DNA of 64,000 nucleotides from Podarcis melisellensis (lineage: Eukaryota). The translations under genes were made by a program, and so were the position numbers. Shown piece after piece: positions 48,965 to 61,826 of this stretch (its first letter is position 1; every line of letters begins with the position of its first letter). The notes beneath the pieces were generated by a model. That model saw only the letters and a program-made list of their open reading frames with translations, ran no database searches and had not been told where the DNA came from. The stretch lies in the NCBI GenBank assembly GCA_964234715.1, contig OZ174275.1. The stretch is one strand, 5' to 3'.

Positions 48965-49726
48965 TACTATGTCCTTGGCAGGAGGTGGGATGCAACTGCA
49001 ATATTTAAAAAACACTTCTCTCACCACCATCTTCCTACATGCAGCTTTGATGATCCTCAGGCAGACATTTGTGTGGAGAAACAGATAACATAAACTGGCA
49101 GTGTGTAGGTAGTCAGCAATGATTCTTACGGTCACACAGTGACTGGAGAAGGTGCTGTGACAATTGTAGAAATGGCTGCTGGTTGCAGCTGAGCACCACC
49201 AGTTCAATACACCTTCCCACAGGAAACACAGGACCCTGCTTGGCCAAGGACAGGTGAGGATTGACCAGGTTTAGGAGGGAAGAGCTCTGTGAAAAGGTCC
49301 TCACACAGATGGTCTCTTCTAAATACTTGTTCCAGTTTCTCCTTTTAAATGGCATATATTTTACCATCTTCTCAAAATGAGGAAATTGAGCAGAAATGGG
49401 AAACAAGGCCAAACCGGGGTGGGTGGGGGATGAAACCAAATTGGGGGCTTCCCCTGACCTCCAAAAGATACCACTCAATATACACACTCAGAAACGTGTT
49501 TCCTAATTTGCTGCTAATAAAAGCAGCAAATGTGCCTCTCTGCAAACAGGTCACGCATTGGAGATGGGACTTTTGCTCTTCCCTCAGAGGTCAGACATGA
49601 CTAGAGTTACAGTAGCAGGAAATATTGATTTAAACCCAGTGTGCAAAACCAGAACAAGCAAATTCTTACTTCTAAACGGTATTCAATGAGTTTTAACAGC
49701 TTTGCAATAATACAATGCAGCAATAT

Positions 49727-49875
49727 CAGTGTTTTTTCGGGGGGGGGCGCAAGGGTACGCATACCCCTAAACATTTTGTGAATCTAAGTTTGGCCTCATT
49801 GAGGGGCAGTATTTCAATATGAGTAGGGAAATGAGAGTACCCATAAACATTTTTTTTAAAAGAAAAAAAGTACTG
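49727..49875. mobile_element. hAT-family MITE
   Basis: TIR CAGTGTTTTTT / AAAAAAGTACTG flanked by a perfect 8-bp target duplication AGCAATAT (49719-49726, 49876-49883). Confidence 0.85.
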
Positions 49876-50991
49876 AGCAATATGTTCTGCAACCCTGCGG
49901 GAGAAAATGCAACTCACGAGGGCAGCTTGGAGCACAGATGCAGCAAATCAGTGAAGAGGTTAGGCAACCCCTCCATTTTTCCACTCCACGTCACTACCAA
50001 ATTGTGTGGCTTCACAGAAATGTTATAGGGAGAGAGTATGACCTACATATGAATATCTTTACAGCATTTTGCTCTTTTAAAAAAAGTCTAGCAAAAGAGA
50101 TTTAATATCCAGCTTGATGAATATCAACATTCAAATCATGTCTAGCTCTGCACCACCTCAAAAGAGATTTCAACATGAGGCAAGAAGAGCCAGCCTAGTT
50201 TATGGGAAATCTACAGAGGAAGGATTGATTGCAAGGCACTGCGGTTATCAGCAGAAGGGCAGCCTGGGTGGGGGGCTGGTCGAGAGCCAGGATGCTACAA
50301 TGCAAGCGATGGCAATGAATGCAGGGAGCCTGCTTCCTTTATGCCTCTCCATGGTGATTGAGCTCATGTTTGTTCTTGGTTGCAGATGAGCTGCATGACT
50401 AGATGTACCAGAGGAACCTTTCTCCTGAGGACACCTCAGGGTCTTGCAAAATTCCAGAGTTTCATGGGATCCTGACTCAAGAGCTAAAAATGTGTCAGCT
50501 TATGCCCGTGATGCACAGTGTACTTGAAAAGCTCAAACACCAGAAGATGAAAAGGGTGGGGAATGTTGGGATTTTTCATTTAAAAAAACACACACTTTCA
50601 AATTGGTGTCTGGCCTGTGACTTGAGAGGTGATGGGAAAGGCTACTCTCTGCGTGCTTTTCTGTATCACATTTCAATAGTAAGCACTGTACTTTTTTATT
50701 TGTTGAGATGTGTTAAGTCACAACAATACGAATCAGGATACAGTGTGAAGTCACTCATTCTTGGCTAACATGGCTAGCAGAGGCTCTCCAGAGCTCAGGC
50801 AGAACCCATTATCTGCTGCTTAATTCTTTTAACCAGAAACACCAAGAATTAAATGTGGGACCTTCTGTGTGCTTTACAAGTGAATGATGGTCCTTCTCTC
50901 GACTCTGGTTCACCTATGTACAGAGTCTACCCATGTAGAAGATGTACAGTGAAAGACTCACCTGGGGGTACACTATCTAAAGCAGGAGATA

Positions 50992-51160
50992 CCGTATTTT
51001 TCGCTCTATAACACACACCCGACCATAACACGCAGGTAGTTTTTAGAGGAGGAAAATCTGTAGGCATGCCACACGTAGGCATTCCCTCCATAACACACAC
51101 AGACATTTCCCATTACTTTCTAGGAGGAAAAAAGTGAGTGTTATGGTGCAAAAAATACGG
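50992..51160. mobile_element. Short Tc2-like MITE
   Basis: TA|CCGTATTTTT...AAAAATACGG|TA. Confidence 0.85.
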
Positions 51161-54100
51161 TAGATCCCTGTCCTGCTGTATTTGGTAGCAGAAGTCCAAC
51201 ACCCTGGGCATTATGGTGCATCTCTTGGGGAGAAAGAGTTTTTTGAACCACTACAGTTGGCATGTGCCAACAAAGAGCCGAGAACCAAGTTCCTGCCCTG
51301 TGGTTTGATGGCCACGTTACAAGACTTTTATCAAAATTGCTAACCTATCCTCCTGGCCTCAGCATTGGGGGAGGCCTACAGTCTCCACATAAGGCTTGAA
51401 TCAGGTTTCAACAAATGCATCTTCTGATTGATCCAATGGATCATGAATAAGTGATGGATACATATAAACAGAAATTAGCTAATGGAAGCAGGAGTAAGAG
51501 CACTGCCAGTGGGAAGAGCATCCACTATACCCACAAGAGGAAAAAAGGTTATCTGATCAGTCCCCAAGGAAGGTTTGGAGAGGAGGGAATCAATAATGGC
51601 TTTCAGAAAGGGAGGCCACACCACATGGACTTTCATTTATACATCTCGAACAGCATTGCGCTTCCACAGCCTGATCTCATACCCATCATCATCATCATCA
51701 TCATTACCACCATCATCATCTTGCCTTCTGGTCTTCCCCTAAACCTCAACAAGCATGCCTTCCCTCTTAGGCTGGATACCTATTGACTCTCTCCACACCA
51801 AACAGAGCCTGTCTTCAGCCTTTACATGCTCCCTACTGTCCCGCCTCGGAACTGGCTCAGCCGCACCATTCAAAACAGTTAATAGTGTGACAAGAGAGCA
51901 TGAACTACCAATCAGGAGTTGACCAGAGGAAGTAGCTTGGTGAATGGGCCAGGATGATGAGCTTTTGCAAAGTGGGAAGAGGCAGAGGTAGGAGGCAAAT
52001 CAGCAGGAGATTAAGCGCTCCAAAAGTAAGGGCTAACTAGAAATTTCATATAAGCTTCAAGGCAATAACACTTAGGAGACTTCTTAGGTGGTCAGTTTTG
52101 CAATAATGGGGTGCCCTTGCAAACACGTTTAGAACCCTGCAGAAGGAAAAGCAGTAATGAATACAGTATACAGGTTTTATCCATTTGTTTGGCACTTCTT
52201 TTCTATTGCATGAATACTGCATTTCATAACCACTGCAATGTTTTATTGTGTGGAAAAATCTTCTGCTATGGCTCTCTAGAGTTGCTTTGAGAGAGGGGGA
52301 TACAAGAGTGTATAATAGTTAGAACTGACTCATGGTCAATGACAGCACTATTTTGTGTGTGTGGGTGACATCTACTTGTTTTTAGCTTAGGAATAAGATT
52401 TGTGCTGAAACAGGTACTAAGTTGGCATTCATAAGAGAGACTGAATTCATGATGATGCCAGAGCAATAGTCACTACCTCCATGCTTATTCATGATTATCT
52501 TCAGTTTCACATTCATTTTTATTTTCTGTATTTTTAAAAAAGTTAGCACCATCTGTTAGCTTGACATGCTCAGATACTCTTTTTCCAGCATTTTCCAGCT
52601 AGACTTTATCCCTTTACATCTTTTAAGTGGAACCTACTAGTTCTGCTCACATTATATACACCCAATTGTAATTATATATGTGATACTGCCATGCATAAAC
52701 TAGGTTTATGGGACAGCAGGGAAACCAAGTACAAATTATCCTGCTCCTCTCTGTGTCAGTGTCATTTTTTTCATGGTAGAGAAAGGTGGGTTGCAGGGGA
52801 CTGCAGCAATTCCCAGTTTGCAAGACTAACAAATCATGAGATGATATACCTTCTTCACTTTCAAGAATGAGACAACATACCTGCCTAAAAGAGCAATTGA
52901 TATGAAAAAAGGGAGGCTGCCCTGTCAGCAAGCAGCAAGGAAATAACAAGGGAGATGAGAAACTCAGGCTGCGCCATCAGTGGCTGCAGGTCAGGGCGAA
53001 CCAGCTGACACCGCCCTTCCTTTCTTGGAGGTCTTCCCTGCAGCAGAGACCCACCCACCCTCCTCAGCTGCGCTTAGCTTGCAAATCCGAGCAAGGTCAC
53101 AGGCAGGGAGATCTGGCTGGAGACTCACTGCCCCAGGGAACAGAAATCAAGCAATGCCTTTAGACTAATCTAATTTCCAGCTCCCTAATCTACTGGTTCA
53201 AAAGTGTCCTCAGCTGTAGTAGCAGCTGCATCTACTCTTCCCACAAATGGCAATACGGGGGATTGCTTAGTATTCCCCTTACTGGGATCTTAAAGCGCTG
53301 CGGGTGAGCTCCCGTGTCACCCTTCTGCCCAGATCCACCAGGTGTCTGCACCTTGCTGAGCAACACTGCATGTCCATTGTGTATCAAGGCAACACAGTTT
53401 GCTGGAGCAACGAAACTGGGGAGTTTTTTGCTGAAGAGTGGGCATTCAAGGTTCCCTTTGACATTCAATTCCACTCTGCTTCCACACAAACTCTGCAATT
53501 GCTTTGCTCTCTGTCTCTCAAAAAAAGAAAACACAGAGGAACATCTATTCAGTCACCTCACGGCAATTAACGTGCAAATGCACTCCTCACTGTTATCTAC
53601 AGCGACATGCTGTCGCATGGGGTCAGCATCAACAAAATCAAAGTAAAACTATTGCCATCTTCTTACATACGCACAAATTCTGATGAGTGGATTGCAAGAG
53701 GTAGTCTGTTTGGAAAGGAGCTCTCGTCTCCACACTGATGACTCCCCCTGAACTTTTCTTCCACATTACCTCTCCACAATCTAGAAGAGGTGAGAATTCA
53801 GCTTACTGTATTGTACTCAAAGGTCTGGTAAAGCAGGTTAAAAGTCCTTCCACAATCCAGACTTCCTTGATGACCATGACAGTGGAGACTACTCAATAGC
53901 ATGGTATTAAGATGCCTGGTGCTTGATGCTACTTTCAAAGGCCCTTTGGTAGAATTCTAATATATATAATTTATTCTAATTCGTACACTGAGCTACACCA
54001 AGCAGTTGTTCCATCACTGAAAATGAGGAGAATGTACAGATATTTGCTTCCATCTACATAGACACAAATGACAGCTCTCTCCTGGCCCACCAGACGCTCT

Positions 54101-54233
54101 CCCAACTGTTGATGGTGCCTTTGGATACTGAACTGTGTCAATATAGAACCATGTCTGTTTTAAGGATAGTTGACACATGAATATTCGTTGTGTGGTTAGC
54201 TCTACATCAGCTGGTGGCCTGCATGCATGAATA

Positions 54234-54763
54234 CCGTATTTTCTGCCCTATAGGACACACTTTTCCCCCTCCAAAAATGAAGGGGAAATCTGGGTGTGTC
54301 CTATGGGGCGAATGCAGGCTTTCTCTGAAGCTTGGAGAGCGAGAGGGGTCGGTGCGCACCGACCCCTCTCGCTCTCCAGGCTTCAGGAAGAAATCTGCAG
54401 CCGAGGCAGCCCTGCGGGAGCCCTGAAAGCATAGCGCCCGGCGCTTCGGGAACACACCCGCAGCCTAGGCAGCCCTCCGGAAGTTCCCCGCAGGGCTCCC
54501 CACACTGCGGATAGCAGCCTGCCGCCCAGCGGGCAGGGCGCGCTGAAGCAGAGCGCCCAGCGCGCCGGGCAGACATTGGCCAGCCCCACAAACTTGGGGG
54601 ACAGCAGGGAGGCGCAGCGCCGCCATCCCGCTGTTCCTCGACCTGGTTCGGTTTCTCCGACCTGGTTTTTGGGGGGAAATAAAGGGGGGAATTTCCTTTA
54701 TCCCCCCCCCAAAATCTAGGTGCGTCCTATGGGACGGAGCGTCCTATGGGACGAAAAATACGG
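54234..54763. mobile_element. Tc2-like MITE, same family as 97-510, opposite orientation
   Basis: TA|CCGTATTTT...AAAAATACGG|TA; shared subterminal sequence; CpG-rich. Confidence 0.88.
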
Positions 54764-55549
54764 TAAGTTGTTACAGGCATCAAATAGTACAGGCAGAATG
54801 TATATACCACTTGAAGCACAAACCAGTTTAAACCAATAGGACTATCCATGTGACCAATCAGGATAGAATAAATTGGGGAGAATGGGGAGAGAGAATAGGA
54901 TTGGGGGGGGGGAATCCCTCCCTCACCTGAATGCATTTGATTGGTTGCTTTTTATGGGATCCCTCATCATGCACATAAACCCTACATGTGTACAAATAAT
55001 GTAGTCATGCAACCAACTGAATGGGAGGGGTTTGCAGTTACAAATGCCCTAACACACAAACTCAAACTTCACAGGCTGGTCAAATGAACGGTACTACAAG
55101 CATTAAATAATCAAGTGACTAGAATGGCATGCATGTGTGAACTTGGGTCATTATATAGACACCCGTTAAATTTGTATTTTGTGACCCAAACTCCTTCCAT
55201 TTTGTTCATACACCTCATCCTGCAAGCTCTAGCAGAAATGTCATTCAATATAGGGAGTCGTCTGAAACTGGATATTTGATGGATGTCCTGTTCAGTAGAA
55301 CAACATTGCCTGGAAGAGACAATCCAGGATGAAGGCAAAGACATACTGCCCAGCATCCTCCTGGTGGAAAGGTTTGGGTCACTCCCACCAACTCCCCAAT
55401 AGGTATTCAAAGGAAAGGTTGATGTCTAACACCTTGACAGCCCTCCTGTAGCCACCTTGCTTGCTTCATCCTCTAGACCCCTGGCCATTTTCCTGGCTGT
55501 GCCCCACTCCTCCTGTTGGCTGGACAAAGGCATCTTGTCAGTCAGAACT

Positions 55550-55750
55550 CACTGGGGTCCAGAGTTCGAATCCCCACTCAGCCATGAAGCTTATTGGGTG
55601 ACCTTGGGCCAGTCACCATCTCTTAGCCTAACCCCCCTCACAGGGTGGTTACGAGGGTGAAATGGGGGAGGAGGAGAACCATGTACACCACCTTCAGCTC
55701 CTTGGAAGATAAAAGTGGTATATAAATGTAATCAATAAAATAAAATAAAT
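55550..55750 (+). mobile_element. CORE-type tRNA SINE (Squam3-like; related copies at about 26930-27145, 30200-30400, 59050-59230)
   Basis: gttcgaatccccactcagccatgaagc...gggtgaccttgggccagtcac, A-rich tail. Confidence 0.7.
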
Positions 55751-58700
55751 GGTGCATATGTGGGTGGTGGCCAACAGAGAGAGAAATGGGATGTGACACT
55801 CTGTTGCTTCCAGGCTACCCGACAGGTTTGGTGCTGGAGTCAATGGCACCATCTGCCACAGCCTTTCCTAGAACTATGCATAGCAAGTCACCATAAGGCA
55901 CTGCCTGAGTTGGGGAAGGCTGCTGCATCTGCTGATCTGCGGCAGGTGCATTCATGTCTTTGGGCAATCCATTGAACACATCGCCAACATCAGAGTTTTG
56001 CGCTAACCAGCTCACCTGGCCATGTCTGAAGGATGAGGGTTAAAATAAAAAATATTTAAAAATTCTAAACGCTGGAAATGTTTAACAGCTGCTTTTTTGC
56101 TTCAAAGCCAATAGAGTATTAGAACTACATGGCTTCCTAGCTTTATATTTCTTAAAACATCTATTCACTACTGATTTCCTTTGTTAACACACAAGTGAAA
56201 GGAGGCCAGCAGTTTAATCAATAGTCTGTTCAGTGCCCCCCCCTCCTTTCCCCCTTTTTTAAATGAATGTTTCTCAGATTTGGGTCATACTCAGATCCCA
56301 TTGCAGATGTGACAGAATTATTTTTGTCCACTTCAGACTTATAGGTCTTTTATTCCAATTTCGTTCAGCTTAAGCTGCTGCTGCTTCTTTTTTCCACGCT
56401 TGCCAAAAAGAATTGTATCTGAACCTTTCTCGGCCATACAAACAGCTAGTAGAATAGAAGAGTGGGGCAAAATAGGAAAAAGCAGAACAGTGTGTGCCAC
56501 TGGCATTGCACTGGCTGAAGTGCAACCAGATATCTGGATCCAAAAATGACATGTGTTTCTATGGAAAACTATCAAACTCTCAAAATACAGCTCTCTGGAC
56601 TTTTATTAATTAATGTTATATTGTTTGTGTTTCTAGAGCCTTCGCCTTCTGATGAAGAGGCTGAACACCTACTTTACAACACTGGCATGTCAAAGGAGCT
56701 TTCGATGAATCCACATGTCTGGTTAAAAATGGCGAGGGCTCCGTTCCACTCTCTTTCTTTGTGACTATGAACCAGTCATGCACTACACACTCTCCTCCAT
56801 TTCTGTTACAATCAAAGAGTAGCATTTTGACTTTGATCTTATGGGACGTTCATCATTCCAAGAGTCCTGTCTCTTTCTCTCTCTTGTGCCATACTAGGAA
56901 GATCTGAGCAGAGACACATCTGCATTCAGCATCTGAGCTGAGCACCATCACAAGCTTGGATGCTCTGGGCACAACAAAGGAAGATCTCGGTGAATGTTCC
57001 AGCTGTTATTTTCATAGGAAGCTATTAGAATGCTAAGCATTAGCAGGGAGCTCGTTTATAGGTAAACGTGGGCTTGGTGGAGCTGCTGCGAGGCAGCCAC
57101 ACACTTCTGAGCTTCTGCATGAGCACATTGTATGGAGCTGTGCCAAAGTGCTTTACTGAAAGACAAGGTGCATTTGCAAACTGCATCCCTCCCCCATCTC
57201 CTCGCATAGATCAGGCCAGACACATTTTCGAAAGAGGAGGGAGCGCACGCCCGTTGGCCGGTTGGCACGAAGCATCCTCGTCAGAGCTGTGCTGGCTGCT
57301 GTTGTTTTAAACACCACAACGCTACCCCTCCAGGGTGACATCAGCTCCGTCCTCAAGACGGATGGTTTTACGATTCGTTCTAGCAAAAAGGCCGGAACCA
57401 AAGTCAAGCTAACAGGTTCATGATTTGTTGGATCCTCCTTTCTCCCTTGCCTAAGAATAGATGCAAGGTTCATTCCCCCTCTTGTCCCCCAGGGAATCGC
57501 AAACGCTGGAAGAGGACACAAATGAAATTCAAGAATGACCTTGGCAAAATTCAAGCACTGGAGCTCTCTATAATGGGGAAAGAGAAATCCAAAGGAAATG
57601 AAAGCAGTAGATGTTGGACACAAACCCACCCATTCCAGCCTCCAAGGTTTTAAAAAATCCAGATGTACATCGGTGTGTGGGTGATTAGGTAGGGGATAGG
57701 AACAAACCAAGGGACCTAGATTCATGATCAGCTATTGCTTTTTTAAACAGGGGTCCACTTACATGTCAAAACACAGACAAAGGTTTATTAACCCTCTCCT
57801 TGCCAGGGTGAGCAGGCTCTGGTAAAGCTCTCAGGCAGCCTGGTTAGCCACTGTGAGATGGGTCATTGGCCTGATCCAGCAAGCAAGCTTTACTTATGAT
57901 CTTTTTGTTTCTCCTACTGATGAATTTTAGCATCTTGGTCCAAGTCACTAGCAAAGGGCTCATTATTTATATCCCTCTTTGTCATGAACAACCACAGAAA
58001 CTCTACTCAAGTTCTCTTGCAACTCAGCATCTCAGTTGTGTTTGCACAAACTCTGGAAGAGCCTCTGAAGGTGAGAAGACGCAACTTTTGGACAAGACTC
58101 CACTTGGTTTGCCTCAGAAAGAGGAGCTCAGAAAGTGCATCATAATGGGAGCACATCCCAGGGATCAAAGGCCATGGGGGATGCTGCCAGTTGTTTCTTC
58201 CTAACAAAAACTGTGGTCCACTATATTTGCTAATTGTTTATTGCTAATGTGACGCTGTTGAATTCACAGTGTAATAACTAACCGTACTACCCCACCTTGC
58301 AATTAACCCAAGTGTTAATAGACAGAGGTGGCACAGAAAGAAATGCAATGCAACAACACCTTACTTCAATAATAATAATAATAATAAAGCATTCCCAAAC
58401 ACCTACCCTGTGTTCTTGAAGTGATATTTCTTATATAATTAGAAACTTAATTTTTCAGAATGGTTAAGTAGCCTTACAATGAATGACGCATTGGTATCTT
58501 TAAAAGGGGGTGGGGAAGGAGTTAGAAATTCTTAGGAGCTGATTCACTTCTCGGTCCTCTCCTCAGCCAAGTACTCAACACTCATTAACTTGCCACCAAA
58601 TTTGTGTATTGAGCTGGTGTCTGGCAATATGAACCACAATGGGTGTTTTACACAGGAAAATCTTGATGTTGCACACAAGTGAAAAACACACACATGTGAA

Positions 58701-59780
58701 ATAAGAACACAAGAAGATCCTTGCAGGATTAGGCGACTGGCCTATCTACTCCATATATCCTGCATATACAGCGGCCAGCTAGATGCCCATGGGAAGCCTG
58801 AAAGCAGGACCTGAGAGAAATAGCACTCAGCCTTAGATTGTTCCTTAGATCACCAACTTCTGAATGCAAGTGCAACTGCTCAGCCAATCACACTGTATGC
58901 CTCCATATCACATTTAGTATCCTTCAAGTGCCCATAAGGAACATCTTTGATCACCACTCCCGAGGCTTTGTTTCTGGCTCATGTTATCTTCCCTGCCATA
59001 TATCCAAAAAGGTCTGTGTCTGAACATAACAATTCAATTCTAGTGAGATATACTGGTTAGTGCTGGCTAAGACCAAGGAGGTTCTCAGCCATGAATTGCA
59101 CTGGGTGACCTTGGACTTATTTCTCTCTCTCTCAGTCTAGTTCACCTTCCATGGTTGTTTTTAGTATAAAATGGAAAACCCTATACTCTCTGGAGGAAAG
59201 GACTGGGTTGTAATAAGCGAACAAATAATAAGTAGTCTTGTGAGATCAAACCAACATCTGGTTCAGAACTCTTACATCAAAAAATGGGCAGTCAGATAAA
59301 GATGGTCAGTGCCACACTCGCCTCCTGATTTCAGCGGGGTTGTGTGGTGCCCTCAAAATGTTGCTAGACTAAAACTCCCATCATCCTTGACCATGCTGGC
59401 TGAAGCTGATGAGAGTCATAGACCAAAACATCTGGAGGGCACTACATCTCCTACCCCTAACACACCCCATCAATCACCCCCGTCTCTCAGGAAGAGAGCA
59501 GTGAGGCAACCATCTCCCTGGCCAAACGTATCCCATGTACAATAACCCAACCTTCACTTATGCTGAACATGCTTTATTCCCTTCTATGGTGACAAGCTAC
59601 TTGTTCGGGAGCCAAAAGAGTCAACAAAGGGGTTTTAGACACAGGTTGTTCCATGCTCTGTGGCTCCACCATCTTCTCAACCAAAGAAAAGATGGTAGCG
59701 TAAGGAAAAACGCAGCCACCTAACTCCTCAGAGAGCTAAGCGAAGCACAAAGTTTTGGAACATGCAGACAAACCATCCAG

Positions 59781-61283
59781 ACCAGAAATGGATGACGAGA
59801 GCAGAGGAGCAACTTCTCAGAGCTTGACCCAGGCCTCCCCGCCATTCATCCCAAAAAAGCCCTGGCACAAAAAAGGCAGAGAGCAAGAGGGAGACAAACA
59901 CAAGGACCACATCCTCTGTGGTCGTCCACTTCCTGCCCACAGATATACAGGGAAAACACTGTCATAGTCACAACTCCCTTTGGACACCCCTTGCCACTAT
60001 TTTCTCTCCCTGACCACCCGGTTCTCTCTCTCACACACACATCCAGCTGTGCAGGAGTTTTCATTGTGATTGCAAGCCACTTTCCTCCTGGCACAGAGCT
60101 GCAGTCATCTTCCTCCCCCCATTCCACCTCTCCCTCTCCCTTGCTGAGCTGCTTCTGGTTATATGTCCAGGGAAGAAGCAGGCCAGGGTGACTAGGCCAC
60201 TGTAGAAGATTTGGCTTCTCTGAGATCGGAGGGGGAAGGGAGAGCAAGGCAACCATTCAACCGTTTGCTCTGGTTTTCAGCCTGCAAAGGGAAGTGCCCG
60301 CGCCTGCTGGCAGGCTTCCCCAGAGAGCAGGGCAGCCTGCCCACCGTACATGCAGAGGCACTAAAAGGCACAATGGGCTCTGTGCCACCCAGGACTTCCA
60401 CAACACCACAGGGGATGCCCTTCAAGCCATTGAGCCCATTCTGAGTGTTGCTGTGTGGTTTGGTTTTGCTTCCTATACTCAAGACACAGCACGGAGCTAC
60501 CGCTTGAAGCCAAGTTATCCAGCCAGCAAATCATGCCAAGAACAGAAGTGGCAGCCAGCTGGGCAAGAGGGCAAGCAAATATAAGCAGTCCCGTGCCCAC
60601 ACGTCCCCCTCAGTTCACACTCTGTTTCTCCTGCCACAGTCGGCTTCCTCATCTCAGCCTCTATCCATCCACCCATATGCTTTTCTCAGTCTTGACTTTG
60701 TACATGCTCTCCTCCTCCCACTCCCCCACCAAATAAAACATTTGCTTTGGGATTTGTATCCCTCTCTAATCTTCCTCAATATAAGACTATCTGCTCTCAC
60801 TGCTGAGGGGCACCTTTGAAGGTTAGGTAGATAACATGACACCTTTTCAGCCACTGCACACCCAGTAGGCCTTGGGAGCCCTCTTCCCCAGTGGAGGTGG
60901 GGAGGGGGAGATGCCCACCTCCTTCCTGACCTTCCATCACTGTGGGAGGAGAAAACTCTTATGTTTTAGAAGACTTCAGAAGAGGGTTAGTTGTTGTTGT
61001 TTGGTCTGCTATGCCTCATTTCTGTTTCTGCTCTTCTCCCCCCTCCCTTCTGTTTAGTTATATTTTAAAAATTGCAGATGGCTGTATTTAGGTTTGATTT
61101 TACTCACTGCTTTAGATGAGCCGCTCAAACCAGAAATGGATGTGGAAAGAGAAGCAGCTTCTCAGAGCTTGACCCAGACCTCCCTGCTCATCCCAAAGAG
61201 CCACAGTCCCCAAAGGCAGACATGACAGAGAATCACATCCTCTGTGTTGTCACCCACTTCCTGCCCACAGACATGCAGGGAAA
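59781..61283 (+). repeat. Diverged direct duplication (59781-59955 and 61129-61283)
   Basis: Shared accagaaatggatg, cttctcagagcttgaccca, cacatcctctgtg and ccacttcctgcccacaga blocks. Confidence 0.85.
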
Positions 61284-61784
61284 GTTGTTCAACAGAAAAG
61301 TATTTAAAAGCAAAGGAGCAAACCTAGCCTCTTGGTTGTAGTGTCTTGCATTTGTGCTGGGCTGCCAGAATCTGTTCCAGTAACAAGCGTAGCTCTTGGA
61401 TAATGTAAAAATAGATGCATAAATAAATAATATGGAAAGTGCCTCTAACCAGGTCTAGAGTGCCCTTCAGTATTTTTTTTTTTAAAGAATCACAACCTTA
61501 GGCATTCCAGCCAAGGGCAGCTACATGCTGCTTTGCATGTAGAAGATCCCAGTTCACCAGGGAGGACTGGCAATGTCCTCCCATCTGAAATCCTGGAGAC
61601 CCATTGCTAGTCATTGGAGACATTGCTGAGCTAGATGGACCAATGGTCTGACTCAGAATAAGACAGATTTCTATCTTCTTTTGCAGATCCTTTTTGGCTA
61701 CTTGACTATCCACTGGAGGTACCTGCAACTATGCTTGAAGACTACTGAGAAAGGCCCTGGTCCCTGCAGTGTCTGCCCTATAGA

Positions 61785-61787
<3 letters not shown>

Positions 61788-61822
<35 letters not shown>
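61788..61822. repeat. (GT)n microsatellite
   Basis: Seen directly. Confidence 0.95.

Positions 61823-61826
<4 letters not shown>

Noticed and set aside
56016-56025. ttcag|ACATGGCCAG|gtgagc as a possible first coding exon
   Set aside because: The ATG-to-donor distance is 8 nt (phase 2), which is incompatible with the phase-0 start of exon 2.
59846-60600. Cluster of 60-136 aa ORFs on both strands
   Set aside because: No recognisable domain or splice structure. Expected by chance in moderately GC-rich sequence.
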